DNA of 64,000 nucleotides from Candidatus Kerfeldbacteria bacterium (GCA_016193315.1 JACPSJ010000001.1:791478-855477); one strand, 5' to 3'. Positions 35,995 through 47,560 are shown, counted from the first letter of the stretch. Notes: generated from the letters alone by a model not told the origin. Program-made: numbers and translations.

Positions 35995-38900
35995 CTAGCT
36001 ACAACCAGTCGTGGTGCCACACTCCATACAGATCTGGCACGAACCGTTGCGTTTCATCTTCATCGAGCCGCAGCTGGCGCAGGTGTCGCCGGTGTAGCCC
36101 TGGGCTTTGGCCGTCAGCGCTTGGTTGGCCGCCTGGCTTGGTTCGATCGGGATTGAGGCCGCTACGACGGTCGGTGCAACTGCCGTTTCTGTCTTGGCCG
36201 TCTCGGTGGTCAGCGCGGTGGGGCTGGCTAGCTCCTGGTTCTGCCCGCTCCCTGGCTTGATCTGAACAAGATCTTCGCGATTGAGGTACTCATAACCGAG
36301 CATCCGGAAGACGAAGTCGAGAATCGAGGTAGCCATTTTCACGTTGGGGTGGCCGATGACCGGGCCAGCCGGCTCGAAACGGGTGAAGGTGAAGGTATCG
36401 ACGAACTCTTCGAGCGGTACGCCGCGCTGGAGACTCTTCGAAATGGCAATGGCGAAGCAATTGATAAGCGAACGATAGGCCGCGCCTTCTTTGTACATGT
36501 CGATGAAGATTTCGCCCAGCCGGCCATCGTGATACTCGCCGGTGCGCAAGAAGACTTTGTGGCCGCCGACGATCGCTTCTTGCGTCCAGCCCACCCGCTT
36601 GGCCGGCAGTTTTTCCTTGGCCCCGCGGACGGCGACGATGTCGTTCATCATTTGCGGTGTCGGCTCGGCGACATTATCGTCGGCGGCCCCCAGGGCGGCA
36701 ATTTCATCGTCAGCGTTGACGCTGTTGAGTGGTTGGGATAGCTTTGAGCCGTCGCGGTAGAGGGCGATGGCTTTGAGCATGAATTTCCAAGCGTCCCCGT
36801 GGACTTTCTTGACATCTTCAAGCGTTGCCTCGTTCGGCATGTTGATCGTTTTCGAAATGGCGCCGGACAGGAACGGCTGAACAGCCGCCATCATTTTGAT
36901 GTGGGCCGGGTAGGGAATGTAGCGTTTGCCTTTGACGCCGCACTTGTTGGCGCAATCGAAAATCGGGTAATGTTCTTCCTTTAGGTGCGGTGCGCCTTCG
37001 ATGGTCATCGTTCCGACCACGTACTCGTTGGCGGCCTCAATCTCCTCCTGGCTGAACCCTAGCGCCTCGAGCACTTGAAAAGCGGGCTTGCCCGCCGCCG
37101 CACCCAACCCAATCCGCTCCATCGTCTCGGGACCGAGGGTGGTCGGGTTGATGACGAAGCGGATGTCAAAGGTTCCCTCCAGCGCCAGTTCAATCTTGGC
37201 CAGATCGTCGCCGGTAAAGCCTTTGGTCTTCAGCGCGGCGTGGTTGATGTGTGGCGCATCGGCCAGCGTCCCATGGCCTTGGCAGTAATCCTCGATGTCC
37301 TTGATTTGTTCATCCGAGTAGCCGAGCCGCTTCAATGACTTACTGACCGAGGCGTTGACGATCTTGAAGTATCCACCGCCGGCCAGTTTTTTGAACTTGA
37401 CAATGGCAAAATCCGGTTCGACGCCCGTCGTATCACAATCCATCACCAGCCCGATCGTCCCGGTGGGCGCAATCAGCGTGGCTTGGGCGTTGCGGAAGCC
37501 ATGCTCCTTCCCCCATTGCAGGGCTTTGTCCCACGCTTCGCGGGCAGCCTTGATCAGCGGTTCCGGTGCTTGTTTCGGATCCAGCCCCAGGGGCGTGATG
37601 GTCAAGCCTTCATATTCGCCGGGCGGAGCATTATAGGCTGCGCGACGATGATTCCGGATGACCCGCAGCATCTGCTCACGATTACGTTCATAGGCTGGAA
37701 ATGGACCGAGCAGACTGGCCAACTCGGCACTCGTGGCGTAGCTTTCGCCGGACATGATGGCCGTCAACGCCCCGGCAATCGCCAGGGCCGGCGGCGAATC
37801 GTATGGCACGCCCATGGTCATCAGCACCGTCCCCAGGTTGGCGTACCCGAGTCCGAGCGTGCGGTACAGGTACGACAAGCGGGCAATCTCTCTGCTTGGG
37901 AACTGAGCCATCAGCACGGAAATTTCCAAGACGATCGTCCATAGCCGCGTGGCGTGCTTGAAGGCCTCGAGCGAGAACGTCCCACTGTCGGCATTGTAGA
38001 AGTGCGCCAGGTTGATGGACGCTAGATTGCAGGCCGTATCGTCGAGGAACATATACTCGGAACACGGATTCGAGGCGGTAATCCGCCCGTCAGCCGGACA
38101 GGTGTGCCACTCGTTGACAGTCGTGTCGAACTGGAGACCAGGATCGGCGGACATCCAGGCCGCCTGGGCGATGTCATCCCACAGTCGCCGAGCCTTGTAG
38201 GTGGCGGCTGGCTGGCCGTTCGTTCGCCACCGCGTCTGCCAATCTTCGTTCCGCTCAACGGCCCGCATGAATTCGTTCGGGACCCGAATCGAATTATTGG
38301 AATTCTGGCCGGAGACGGTCAAATACGCTTCGCCTTCGAAGTGGGTGTCGAAGACTGGGAAATCGATCGACGATTGGCCCTGGGCGACCAGCGCCAAGCA
38401 ACGCAAGATGTAATTCAGCGGCACCCGACGCTGGAGGGCGTGGCGAACGGCTGTTTTCAGGGCCGCGTTGGTGTGGTAATCGGTGGTATTCTGTTCAGTC
38501 GCCACTCGCATGATGCCATTCAAGGCCTGGGCGTTGATCATGCTGCCGGTCACCAAGTCGGCCACCTTCTGCTCTTCCTTTGCTTTCCACCAAATGAAGT
38601 CCGTTACATCCGGATGATCGATATTAACCACCACCATTTTGGCCGCCCGGCGCGTGGTCCCGCCGGACTGAATGGCGCCGGCCGAACGGTCAAAAATCTT
38701 CAAGAACGACATCAGGCCTGAGCTATACCCCCCGCCGGACAGCTTTTCATGACGGCTGCGGAGCGAGGAAAAATTACTGCCCGTGCCGGAGCCATACTTG
38801 AACAGCCGCGCTTCCCGCGTCACCAAATCAAAAATGCCTCCTTCGTTGACCAAATCGTCTTCCAGTCGCTGAATGAAGCAGGCGTGCGGTTGCGGATGGG

Positions 38901-39519
38901 TATAGGCGTCCGCGGATCGTTTCAACACCGCCGTCCCCGGGTCGACGTAGTAATGGCCTTGCGGTGTACCGGTAATTCCGTAGGCCCAATTGAGTCCGGT
39001 GTTAAACCACTGCGGTGAATTCGGCGCGCCCATCTGTCGGATAAGCATGTGTTCCATCTCGTCCTGAAAGGCCTGCGCGTCCTCCGGCGAAAAAAAATAA
39101 CCGTGCTGCTCCCCCCACCAGCGCCAGGCCCCGGCCATCCGTCGGACCACCTCCTTGACGCTTCGCTCCGAGCCGAGGATGGGCTGACCGTCCGGGCCCA
39201 GCCGGGGCTGGCCATGTCGATCTCGCTGCGGAACCCCGGCTTTGCGGAAATACTTTTGGGCCACGATGTCCGTCGCCACCTGACTCCAGCCGACCGGCAC
39301 CTCGACGTCACGGATTTCTTTGATCACCGAGCCGTCCGGATTCTTGATCACCGAATGCCGACGCTCGTACTGCACCTGTTCGAGCGGATCCTGGCCGGCC
39401 ACAGTGAACAGGCGCTCGATTTTCAGCCCGGCCCCTCGGCGTGGCGGGGGCGGAGCCACCCGTTGGCCGGGCGCCGTTGAAATTGGCGTACGCTCGCTGG
39501 TGAGTGTCTTGGTGGTCAT
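35995..39519 (-). CDS. nrdJ: Class II (adenosylcobalamin-dependent) ribonucleotide reductase
   Basis: 1174-aa single-chain RNR with class II features, a C-terminal CxxC...CxxC Zn-ribbon tail ([22 protein letters not shown]) and an N-terminal ATP-cone-like region. Confidence 0.9.
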   Translation of the reverse strand: MTTKTLTSERTPISTAPGQRVAPPPPRRGAGLKIERLFTVAGQDPLEQVQYERRHSVIKNPDGSVIKEIRDVEVPVGWSQVATDIVAQKYFRKAGVPQRDRHGQPRLGPDGQPILGSERSVKEVVRRMAGAWRWWGEQHGYFFSPEDAQAFQDEMEHMLIRQMGAPNSPQWFNTGLNWAYGITGTPQGHYYVDPGTAVLKRSADAYTHPQPHACFIQRLEDDLVNEGGIFDLVTREARLFKYGSGTGSNFSSLRSRHEKLSGGGYSSGLMSFLKIFDRSAGAIQSGGTTRRAAKMVVVNIDHPDVTDFIWWKAKEEQKVADLVTGSMINAQALNGIMRVATEQNTTDYHTNAALKTAVRHALQRRVPLNYILRCLALVAQGQSSIDFPVFDTHFEGEAYLTVSGQNSNNSIRVPNEFMRAVERNEDWQTRWRTNGQPAATYKARRLWDDIAQAAWMSADPGLQFDTTVNEWHTCPADGRITASNPCSEYMFLDDTACNLASINLAHFYNADSGTFSLEAFKHATRLWTIVLEISVLMAQFPSREIARLSYLYRTLGLGYANLGTVLMTMGVPYDSPPALAIAGALTAIMSGESYATSAELASLLGPFPAYERNREQMLRVIRNHRRAAYNAPPGEYEGLTITPLGLDPKQAPEPLIKAAREAWDKALQWGKEHGFRNAQATLIAPTGTIGLVMDCDTTGVEPDFAIVKFKKLAGGGYFKIVNASVSKSLKRLGYSDEQIKDIEDYCQGHGTLADAPHINHAALKTKGFTGDDLAKIELALEGTFDIRFVINPTTLGPETMERIGLGAAAGKPAFQVLEALGFSQEEIEAANEYVVGTMTIEGAPHLKEEHYPIFDCANKCGVKGKRYIPYPAHIKMMAAVQPFLSGAISKTINMPNEATLEDVKKVHGDAWKFMLKAIALYRDGSKLSQPLNSVNADDEIAALGAADDNVAEPTPQMMNDIVAVRGAKEKLPAKRVGWTQEAIVGGHKVFLRTGEYHDGRLGEIFIDMYKEGAAYRSLINCFAIAISKSLQRGVPLEEFVDTFTFTRFEPAGPVIGHPNVKMATSILDFVFRMLGYEYLNREDLVQIKPGSGQNQELASPTALTTETAKTETAVAPTVVAASIPIEPSQAANQALTAKAQGYTGDTCASCGSMKMKRNGSCQICMECGTTTGCS

Positions 39520-39533
39520 GGACAGCGCATGGT

Positions 39534-40034
39534 TTACGACTGTTTTTGTGGCTTCGGGCGGGCCGGAGATGGACGTCGTCGACGCTTGCGGAGCAGCCGG
39601 TTGAGCTCCTGGCGGAAGGTCTCGACGTCTTGAAATTGACGGTAAACGGAAGCGAACCGAATGTAGGCGATCTGGTCAATCCGCTGCAGCCGTTTGATCA
39701 CGATGGCGCCGATATCTTGCGAGGTGATCTCGGCCCGGCCCCGGAGTTGAATATCGCGCTCGATTTGGCCGACCAAGCGTTTGAACGTCTGGACCGTAAT
39801 GGGCCGTTTTTCGAGCGCCTTCCGCAGACCACCCTCCAGTTTCTCGCGGCTATAAGGCTCGCGCCGACCGTCTCGCTTGACCACGGTTAGGTTGAGAATC
39901 TCCACTTCCTCGATGGTTGAGAAACGGAACCCACAGCGATCACAGACCCGCCGGCGTCGGATGGCCAGGCCCTCATCGGTTACTCGGGAATCCATGACGC
40001 TCGTGTCAGCGTGGTGGCAAGAGGGGCATTTCAT
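39534..40034 (-). CDS. nrdR: Transcriptional repressor NrdR
   Basis: N-terminal Zn ribbon [16 protein letters not shown] plus an ATP-cone; ends 14 nt upstream of nrdJ. Confidence 0.9.
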   Translation of the reverse strand: MKCPSCHHADTSVMDSRVTDEGLAIRRRRVCDRCGFRFSTIEEVEILNLTVVKRDGRREPYSREKLEGGLRKALEKRPITVQTFKRLVGQIERDIQLRGRAEITSQDIGAIVIKRLQRIDQIAYIRFASVYRQFQDVETFRQELNRLLRKRRRRPSPARPKPQKQS

Positions 40035-40361
40035 GAACTAAACCTCAACAAAACAAGGGTTGGCGACCAAACATGAGCGGCCGGAACAGCCGATCACGAG
40101 CTCACGGCTGCTGAGGAAGGATGTTTTTCAATGTTCTTGTGGGTTTTGTTTTTCCGGTCGGTCTGGACGCTGGTCAGCACTGGTCAGAAATCTAGCGAAC
40201 CTCAAGATCTAGTAGTCAACCTGGGTAGTATACCACTAGATGTTGGGTGCGGTCAAGATGGCAGAATCTCCTTCGCTCGGCTCGCCACGACCGGAAATAC
40301 TAAGGAATTCCGATCAACTCGGTCAGCCGTCGCGTCCAAGGTGTGGAAAACCAACAGTTTT

Positions 40362-41912
40362 TTAGCGCCCCAGGATATTGGTCGGCCAAACCGGCTCTGG
40401 TTCAATGACCGCACCAACGCGTTCGAACAGCCAGACCCGCTCGGCGTGGTAGCGCTGCCGATACCCCCTGGAATCCCGGAGCCAAGGAATAAGTTGTTCG
40501 AGCATGATACGTTCGTTGCGCCGATGAGCGTCTGTTTTAGTGTTTGGGCCGAACTTGCGCTCCAGAATCGCCACGTATTCCACCTGTTGAAGCCCGTTGG
40601 GGACGATTTGGACGACTGGATGCTCGTTGATATGGGCGCCGAGGTTTTGGGTGATAGCAACTGCCTTGGCTTGAGACGGAATCATGGCCAGCGCTTCAGC
40701 CACCTGCGGGGCCAGCTCTTCCTTCCAGGCTACCTGTGGCCAACGTGTTTGTGGGCTCCAAGGCCAGGGACTGAATTTCCACAGACTCAGTAGACTACCA
40801 ACGAGCACCGCTGCCACCCACATCGCTCGACCCCAACGCCAACCTGACGGCCACCGCCACTCAAACCAGCGTCTGAGGACTCGCCAGCTGAACACTAGAC
40901 CGAGGAATAAAAAAGGAATGAATAGGGCGTGGTAGTGGAAGAATAGGGTCTGGGGGTTTGGACTGTCCCACCACCAATAGAGCAGCAGTTCCGGCAACAA
41001 GAGCGCCGTGATTGGCGCCAGGAGCGGCCAGACGATGCCGAGTGGGAGTAAGAGTTGCGCCACCGCCTGAAGATGGACTCGGGTGGCCAGCAGCTCCCAA
41101 GCCCGCCGGGGGTGGAAAAGCGTGTTCAGGATCGTCCCCGGACTGGATTCCGCCTCGACGTATTTCTCAAAGATGAAATGGCTGGTCTGACCTGGTCGCG
41201 AGAGTGGGATGAAGAAAAATATTTGCGACGCCGTCCACAGCCAGGGGACCACCAGCGCCCATCCGGCCCGGCCACGATTGCCCCGCCACCAGTAGAGACC
41301 GCTGCCGAGCAAACCGAGGGTAATACCAACCTGTTCTTTCGTGATCACCGCCAACGCCACCCATAGCCAAAACATCCGATCGCGGCGATGAACGACCGCG
41401 TCGGCGGCCGCCAAAAAGAACGTTATCGCTAGCGTGACCGAGTGAAAATCAAAAAGGTTGGCGAACTGTAAGGGTGGGTAGGCGAGATAGACGAGCCCCA
41501 AGAAGACACCCAGCCAGGCTGACTTGGTCAACATTTTCGTTAACCGAAAGACAATCCACGCACCCGCGGCGAGCACCAGGGTTTGAAAAACCAGCAGGTT
41601 ATCGGCGGTCCGCCCGAACCAACTCAGCGGCGCCAAGAGAACGAGCAAGTAGTCAGCGTGAATGGCGGAACGAAGCATATTCGTTCCATGGACGCCACCC
41701 GGGCCGATTTCAGGGTTGGTAAAGGTAAAACCGCGTCCGTGGCCGACATTCCAGACCGTCTGTGACATGATCCCCAGATCGTACCAGCCGGCGTTGAAAT
41801 TGTGGGCGCGGCCGAGGGAAAACCACGAGATGATGACGATGTAGAAGACGAGACCCAGCCAGAGGATAATCTCCGGCCACGGCCACCGACGCCCGGGGGC
41901 AGTGTTCATCAT
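40362..41912 (-). CDS. DUF2079-like polytopic membrane protein (putative GT-C-type glycosyl/arabinosyl-transferase-like), paralog 3 of 3
   Basis: Shares SQTVWNVGHGRGFTFT and IHADYLLVLLAPLSW motifs with the two upstream genes. The track start (42056) overlaps the upstream paralog by 148 nt; the start MMNTAPG at 41912 forms an ATGATGA overlap with the upstream stop. Confidence 0.6.
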   Translation of the reverse strand: MMNTAPGRRWPWPEIILWLGLVFYIVIISWFSLGRAHNFNAGWYDLGIMSQTVWNVGHGRGFTFTNPEIGPGGVHGTNMLRSAIHADYLLVLLAPLSWFGRTADNLLVFQTLVLAAGAWIVFRLTKMLTKSAWLGVFLGLVYLAYPPLQFANLFDFHSVTLAITFFLAAADAVVHRRDRMFWLWVALAVITKEQVGITLGLLGSGLYWWRGNRGRAGWALVVPWLWTASQIFFFIPLSRPGQTSHFIFEKYVEAESSPGTILNTLFHPRRAWELLATRVHLQAVAQLLLPLGIVWPLLAPITALLLPELLLYWWWDSPNPQTLFFHYHALFIPFLFLGLVFSWRVLRRWFEWRWPSGWRWGRAMWVAAVLVGSLLSLWKFSPWPWSPQTRWPQVAWKEELAPQVAEALAMIPSQAKAVAITQNLGAHINEHPVVQIVPNGLQQVEYVAILERKFGPNTKTDAHRRNERIMLEQLIPWLRDSRGYRQRYHAERVWLFERVGAVIEPEPVWPTNILGR

Positions 41913-43435
41913 ATAGTCCGTGGTCCGTTGAGGTAATCGGCAAAGATCGGTGGCAGGGGTTCTGGTTGGCGGTGGCGCAATCGTTGGAAGACCGTTCCGC
42001 GCTCGTGGCGAGCGACCGCCACAAACGCCGCCGACCGGGCGAAATAGTCCTGCCACACCAACAGGTTTTGCTGCTGGTTTACCATTGGTGGGTCGGCTGG
42101 CCGAGGTTCAGCCGGCCAATAGAGGACCGCGTAATCTGAGCTCGTCAAGCCGTCTGGCAGGAGATAGGCGGTCTGGCGGCTGCGCACATATTGACCAATC
42201 CCCAAACTGTAGCTAACGACCGCCGCTGTTGGCAGCCCTTCGACCAGCTGGGCGAAGGAAGTCAATTTGGGATCGTCATCAAGTGAATGTGGCTTGAAAT
42301 ACAGACTCCAGGGATTAGGACTGACCAAAACTGATCCGAAAATAGTCATCGCCGCCAAGGCCGCGGCCAGCGCCGTGCGCCCGACCGGCCGACGCCGCAG
42401 CCGTTGCTGCCACCACCGCCAGCCAAAGACCAACCCGAGGAACAAGAAGGGGATGGCCAGGACGTGGTTATGGAACTCAACCGAACGAGCTTCGGCCACC
42501 GACGACAACCAGTGGGGCAGGAGGGCGACTACGGCCAGCCAGATCCAGCGACTGAAGACGGGAAGCGCGGCCAGCGGCACAAGCAAGAGCGCGGTCGTGG
42601 TTAACATCGCCGGCCGCCACAGGCGAGCCATGAGGATTGACGGGTTAAGTAGGGAGCTTAGCTGCGCGACCGGGCTGTGGCCGAGTGTGCCGAAGTAATA
42701 GTTCATCAACAAGCCCTTCGCGCCGGCCGGTTGGAAGGTAGGGATGACCCACCAGAAATGAACAAGCGAGTAGCTGATGCCCACCAGCAAGCTCGCCCAG
42801 GCCACCGATGGTGACCGCCGTAACCACCACAACAGGAAACTCGCTGGGCCAATCAGCAAACCTATTTGCTCTTTGCTGATCAGTGCTAGACCAAACCAGA
42901 GCCAAAAAATGCCTGACCGGCGACCGGCGATGATGGCCTCAGCCGAGGCGAGGATAAATGTTGACGCCAAGGTCACGGCGTGGAACTGCCAGACCACGGC
43001 CAACTGGAGCGGGCCGTAGGTTAGATAGGCTAGCCCGGCCAGGACGGCGAACGGCCGCTGACGGACGACCAGCCAAGCCAAGCGGTAGACAAACCATCCG
43101 CCGGCCGCCACCACGGCGGCCTGAACGATTAGCAGGCTGCTGGCCGAGCGGGTGATCCAACTTAGTGGCGCCAGTAGAATCAGCAGGTAATCGGCGTGGA
43201 CGGCCAGACGGGAAACGTTCTGGCCCAAGCCGGTACTGGTGAAGGTAAAACCGTGGCCATGTCCGACATTCCAAACCGTCTGCCACATATTGCCGAGATC
43301 ACTCGAGTACCAATCGAAGACCGCCGCCTTACGAATACTGAACCAGGAGAAATAGAGGCTAAACAATCCCATCGCTAGGACCATCAACCCGGCTGATATC
43401 GTCGGTCTGTGACGAGGGGTGCCTGGTTCAGTCAT
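41909..43435 (-). CDS. DUF2079-like polytopic membrane protein, paralog 2 of 3
   Basis: 508 aa; motifs MWQTVWNVGHGHGFTFT and LAVHADYLLILLAPLSW; >10 TM helices. Confidence 0.6.
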   Translation of the reverse strand: MTEPGTPRHRPTISAGLMVLAMGLFSLYFSWFSIRKAAVFDWYSSDLGNMWQTVWNVGHGHGFTFTSTGLGQNVSRLAVHADYLLILLAPLSWITRSASSLLIVQAAVVAAGGWFVYRLAWLVVRQRPFAVLAGLAYLTYGPLQLAVVWQFHAVTLASTFILASAEAIIAGRRSGIFWLWFGLALISKEQIGLLIGPASFLLWWLRRSPSVAWASLLVGISYSLVHFWWVIPTFQPAGAKGLLMNYYFGTLGHSPVAQLSSLLNPSILMARLWRPAMLTTTALLLVPLAALPVFSRWIWLAVVALLPHWLSSVAEARSVEFHNHVLAIPFLFLGLVFGWRWWQQRLRRRPVGRTALAAALAAMTIFGSVLVSPNPWSLYFKPHSLDDDPKLTSFAQLVEGLPTAAVVSYSLGIGQYVRSRQTAYLLPDGLTSSDYAVLYWPAEPRPADPPMVNQQQNLLVWQDYFARSAAFVAVARHERGTVFQRLRHRQPEPLPPIFADYLNGPRTI

Positions 43436-43528
43436 TCTCGCCCATTATCATGGCGACGAAATTCATACTTGACAAGCCGCTTGGTCAAACCAGATGGTCA
43501 TCGATGGCGAAACTTATTTCGGCCGTGT

Positions 43529-45058
43529 TCATGGCGGTTTGAGTTCAACCGGCCAATCCCCTGGCCACGCGCCCGGGCTTTTTCGATACAGTTGAAAATG
43601 TTCGTCAGCGTAGACGGCGGCGTAGGCCGGGGAAGTCTGGAGAAATTTCCGCAGCCGGTCAAGAAAAAGTTCCTCCTGACGCGGCCAGGAAAAGATTGGT
43701 TTGTAGAGGGCGACGACGTCAGCCTGCTGAGCGCCGCGCGGCAAGAACCAGGCAGTTTGCCGATCCTTCATCAACAGGGCTAGCCCCCGGCTGTAGGCGA
43801 CGCGGTCGGTGGGACGGATGAACTCCTCTTTTTTCCGTCGGACGACTGCCAGTTCGGGATCTCGAAGCAGGTAGGCGCTATCAAAAGTCCGCGACCAAGG
43901 AAGCAAGCCGATCAGCGTTGAACCGACGACCACCCACAGCACCAGATAACCGGTCACCACCGGGGGACGATGTCGGAACATAGCTGGCCACCAACGCTGA
44001 ATTCGCTCCCATCCGTGCATCGCCCCAAGCCATAGAAAGGGAATCGCCAGCACGTGATTGTGATAGAGCACGCTGCTCGGCGTCCAGCCTTGGGCTAACC
44101 AGTGAGGCACGAGAGCCAGAAAAGCGAAGACCATCCACGGGCTGAACAGCGGCAGAAACCCGATCGGAACGAGCAGGTAGAGGGCACTCGCAAATTCCCT
44201 GGGGCCGAAACGATCAAGCCACGTGGCCGGGTTAAAGATACTAGTCATCTGAGCGATGAGTCCTGATCCGAGGTCGCCGTAGTAAAATTGGAGGACGAAG
44301 TGTTGGCCATTCGGTGCCTGGCTGGGGATAATGAAGAAAAAATGGGCGGCGGAATATACCCAAGCCAAACCGAGGCTGGTCCAGGCCAACGCCCGACGCC
44401 CGCGGCGCCACCATAGCCACCAGCTGAGCGGCCCGACGATGAATCCGACCTGCTCCTTCGTGATCAGCAGCAGGACCAACCACAGCCAAAATACCCAGAC
44501 CCGTCGCCCGGATACCACCGCCTCGACCAGCCCGAGAATGAATGTCGGAGCCAGAGTGATTGCGTGGAATTGGTAGGTCACGGCCGTCTGCAGTGGACCA
44601 TAGAATAAATAACTGATCGCCAGGATGACCGCTGTGGTAGGCCGACCTAGGCGGCGACGCGCTAGTCGATAGACGAACCAGGCACCAGCGCCAGCAACCG
44701 CCGCCTGACTGACCAGCAACAATTCCGGGCGCGGCCAGATTCGAACCAGCGGCGCAAACGCCATCAGAAGGTAGTCGGCGTGAACAGCTAAACGGGGGGT
44801 GTTTATCCCCCATTCCTGGTGGGTGAAACTGAAGCCCTGGCCATGAGCCACGTTCCAGACCGTCTGCCACATGTTGGCCAAGTCATGCGACTGGGCATCG
44901 TACACCGCGGCGCGCCGGATGCTGAGCCAGGAAAAATAGAGTGCGAAAAGACCGATCGCCGTAATGACGGCCGCCACGGCCAGTTGGTCGACGCCCGGGC
45001 GACGGGTCAGAAGTGAGCCGGATTGTGACAGCGGGCGCCCATGGTCCGTTGAGACCAT
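43529..45058 (-). CDS. DUF2079-like polytopic membrane protein, paralog 1 of 3
   Basis: 509 aa; motifs MWQTVWNVAHGQGFSFT and LAVHADYLLMAFAPL; begins 6 nt after the ftsZ stop. Confidence 0.6.
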   Translation of the reverse strand: MVSTDHGRPLSQSGSLLTRRPGVDQLAVAAVITAIGLFALYFSWLSIRRAAVYDAQSHDLANMWQTVWNVAHGQGFSFTHQEWGINTPRLAVHADYLLMAFAPLVRIWPRPELLLVSQAAVAGAGAWFVYRLARRRLGRPTTAVILAISYLFYGPLQTAVTYQFHAITLAPTFILGLVEAVVSGRRVWVFWLWLVLLLITKEQVGFIVGPLSWWLWWRRGRRALAWTSLGLAWVYSAAHFFFIIPSQAPNGQHFVLQFYYGDLGSGLIAQMTSIFNPATWLDRFGPREFASALYLLVPIGFLPLFSPWMVFAFLALVPHWLAQGWTPSSVLYHNHVLAIPFLWLGAMHGWERIQRWWPAMFRHRPPVVTGYLVLWVVVGSTLIGLLPWSRTFDSAYLLRDPELAVVRRKKEEFIRPTDRVAYSRGLALLMKDRQTAWFLPRGAQQADVVALYKPIFSWPRQEELFLDRLRKFLQTSPAYAAVYADEHFQLYRKSPGAWPGDWPVELKPP

Positions 45059-45064
45059 GGTCGA

Positions 45065-46225
45065 CTACATCATTTTCTTCCGGATGAAGGCGGGAATCTC
45101 GAGGTCCTCTTCCTCTTTTTGTTTGGGGGTAGTTTTCGGTGCCGTCAATGGCGTCATCGGTTTTGGGCTGGGGCTGACCGGTGCGGCCATCGGTCGCTCT
45201 TGAATCGGGCGGGCTTCAAATGTTCCGCTGAGGTTGGCTTTCTTGGCTGGCCGAGATGTACCCTTGCCAAAGCCAGTGGCAATGACGGTGATTTTTAGTT
45301 CGTCTTTCAACGATTCGTCAATCACGGCACCGAAGATAATCTTGGCGTTGCTATCGGCTGATTGGGTAATGACCCGGGCCGCTTCGTTGACTTCGTACAT
45401 GCTGAGCGAGGGCCCGCCGGTGACCGTGAAGAGGATGCCGCGCGCACCGTCAATCGGCATTTCCAATAACGGGGAGTCAATCGCCGCCTTGGCTGCTTCC
45501 ACGGCCCGATTCTCGCCGGTCGCCTTGCCGATCCCCATCAGGGCCGTGCCCTGATCCTTCATGATCGACTTAACGTCGGCGAAATCAACGTTGATCAACC
45601 CCGGTACCGTGATCAACTCGGCAATCCCTTGAATCCCCTGCCGGAGCACATCATCAACCACGCTGAAGGCCTCCAGCAACGAGGTCTTCTTGTCAATAAT
45701 CTGCAGCAGGCGGTCATTCGGAATGGTAATAATCGTGTCCACCTTGTCCGCCAGTTCGGTATGACCCTGGTCAGCAATATTCTTCCGCTGGGCGCCCTCG
45801 AAGCTGAATGGTTTGGTCACCACCGCCACGGTCAAGGCCCCGACGTCCCTGGCCATGTCGGCGATCAGCGGCATGGCGCCGGTGCCGGTTCCGCCACCGA
45901 GACCGCAGGTTAGAAAAACCATGTCACTCCCCTTGACGAGTTCGTGAATCTCTTCTTGGTCTTCTTCGGCCGCTTTGCGCCCTAGCTCCGGGTCCATGCC
46001 CGCCCCCAAGCCTCGGGTGGTCGACTTGCCAATGTGGATTTTTGTCGGGGCGGCATTGTGATGCAAGGCCTGGGCGTCGGTGTTGATGGCTACGAAGTCA
46101 ATGCCGCGGATACGGTGCAGCATCATGCGGTTGACGGCCGAGCCGCCCGACCCGCCGACGCCAACCACCTTGATTTTAGCAAAGGTTTCGATCTCCGGCT
46201 TCACTTCCATACGATTGCGTGGCAT
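45065..46225 (-). CDS. ftsZ: Cell division GTPase FtsZ
   Basis: Tubulin signature GGGTGTG, the T7 loop, and a C-terminal linker plus conserved tail. Confidence 0.95.
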   Translation of the reverse strand: MPRNRMEVKPEIETFAKIKVVGVGGSGGSAVNRMMLHRIRGIDFVAINTDAQALHHNAAPTKIHIGKSTTRGLGAGMDPELGRKAAEEDQEEIHELVKGSDMVFLTCGLGGGTGTGAMPLIADMARDVGALTVAVVTKPFSFEGAQRKNIADQGHTELADKVDTIITIPNDRLLQIIDKKTSLLEAFSVVDDVLRQGIQGIAELITVPGLINVDFADVKSIMKDQGTALMGIGKATGENRAVEAAKAAIDSPLLEMPIDGARGILFTVTGGPSLSMYEVNEAARVITQSADSNAKIIFGAVIDESLKDELKITVIATGFGKGTSRPAKKANLSGTFEARPIQERPMAAPVSPSPKPMTPLTAPKTTPKQKEEEDLEIPAFIRKKMM

Positions 46226-46276
46226 GATGCGATTAGTCTATCAGACGAAATCGTCAGGTGCAATGGCCGTTGTTTC

Positions 46277-46299
46277 AGTGAACACCTAGGGTGTTCACT
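46277..46299 (-). promoter_or_regulatory. Palindrome AGTGAACACC-ta-GGTGTTCACT between ftsA and ftsZ (core TGAACAC-N5-GTGTTCA)
   Basis: Perfect 10-bp arms, 5 nt past the ftsA stop. The same core recurs at the dgkA/ftsA junction. Confidence 0.4.
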
Positions 46300-46303
46300 T
46301 GGC

Positions 46304-47560
46304 CTACGGTAAGAAGCTCTTAAACCAGCGTCGCATCCGGTCGATGGTGTCATTGACGGCCGTCAGTCGGAGCGGCAAGTGACTTAGCACTCCTCCCTTG
46401 GCATGCATCTCGGCACTCCAGCTAGCCAAACCGAGAGCGGTGGTAAAATCGGGATCTTGAATTTTGTCAATCGCGCTGGTGTAGCCGGTGGGAACTCCAA
46501 TCGTCACCGGCAACCGGAACTCCCGTTTCCCGACCTCGACCAAACCCGACAGTTTCGCGCCGCCGCCGGTGATGATGACGCCGGCCGGCAACAACCCGGA
46601 GCGATCGATGTGTTGCAATTCTCGATCGACCATTTTGAAAATCTCCTCGACCCGGGCCTCAATAATCTCAGCGATGTGGCGACGTGAGACGGCCGTGGCT
46701 TCCCCGCCGATCTCACCGAGGTTAACTTCCTCGCGCTTCTGCACTTCTTCCGACCAGGCGGTTCCGAATTCAAGCTTCACCCGCTCGGCCAGGTCGATCC
46801 CAATCCGCAAACCAATGGCCACATCGTTGGTAATGTGGCTGGCGCCAACCGGGAGAATCTTCGTGTGCATCACCTCGCCTTCCTCGAAGACCATCAGACT
46901 GGCTGTGGTCGCCCCGAGGTTCAGCACGGCCACGCCCAGCTCTTTCTGTCGCTTGCTGGCACAGGCCAGTGACGAGGCCAGGACGGCTAAAACGAGATCA
47001 TCAATGTTGACGCCGGTTCGATAGATCGCTTTTTGGAGATTTTTCATCTGGGCGCTCAGGCCTTGAATGATTTGCGCGTCGACCTCGAGCCGCATCCCAG
47101 ACATGCCGATCGGGTCTTTCACCCCATGATGGTTGTCGACCGTAAAGGACCGCGGAACGACGTGGAGAATCTCGTAGTTCGGCGGCGTGGCCACGGCTTG
47201 GGCGGCTTCGATCACTCGGTCGACATCGTTCTGCCGAATCTCTCCGTCCGCCTTAGCCACCGCCACGATGCCGTGGCTCTCTTGTGAAACGATGTGGGTG
47301 CCATTGATGGAGACGGCCGCCTGTTCAACCGGAACGCCGGTCATCCGTTCGACTTTCTCCAGGGTGGAGGAAATCGAAGACACCGCATCTTCGATGCTCG
47401 TGATGGTCCCCTTGGAAATACCTTCGGCCGGCCCTTCGGCCGCGCCGAGAATCTGCAGCCCTTCTTCGGTTGGGTGGCGTTGACCGACGACCACTCGAAC
47501 CATCGCGCTTCCAACGTCCAGTCCCGTGTGTAAATCAGCCCGTGCCATGCGACCAATCAA
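46304..47560 (-). CDS. ftsA: Cell division protein FtsA
   Basis: Actin-like ATPase fold motifs (LDVGSAMVRVVVG, ITGGGAKL); 418 aa; upstream of ftsZ. Confidence 0.9.
   Translation of the reverse strand: MIGRMARADLHTGLDVGSAMVRVVVGQRHPTEEGLQILGAAEGPAEGISKGTITSIEDAVSSISSTLEKVERMTGVPVEQAAVSINGTHIVSQESHGIVAVAKADGEIRQNDVDRVIEAAQAVATPPNYEILHVVPRSFTVDNHHGVKDPIGMSGMRLEVDAQIIQGLSAQMKNLQKAIYRTGVNIDDLVLAVLASSLACASKRQKELGVAVLNLGATTASLMVFEEGEVMHTKILPVGASHITNDVAIGLRIGIDLAERVKLEFGTAWSEEVQKREEVNLGEIGGEATAVSRRHIAEIIEARVEEIFKMVDRELQHIDRSGLLPAGVIITGGGAKLSGLVEVGKREFRLPVTIGVPTGYTSAIDKIQDPDFTTALGLASWSAEMHAKGGVLSHLPLRLTAVNDTIDRMRRWFKSFLP

Noticed and set aside
35448-36260. Plus-strand ORFs 35820..36260 and 35875..36156 encoding Gly/Arg/Trp-rich peptides across the nrdJ 3' end and hairpin
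   Set aside because: Driven by the G-tract/hairpin region and antisense to nrdJ; not protein-like.
40035-40361. NrdR-box operator upstream of nrdR; ORF 40131..40793(+)
   Set aside because: Only an imperfect palindrome (TAGTATACCACTA, 40226..40238) was found, nothing matching the 16-bp NrdR-box consensus convincingly. The plus-strand ORF is antisense to the DUF2079 gene and has no features.
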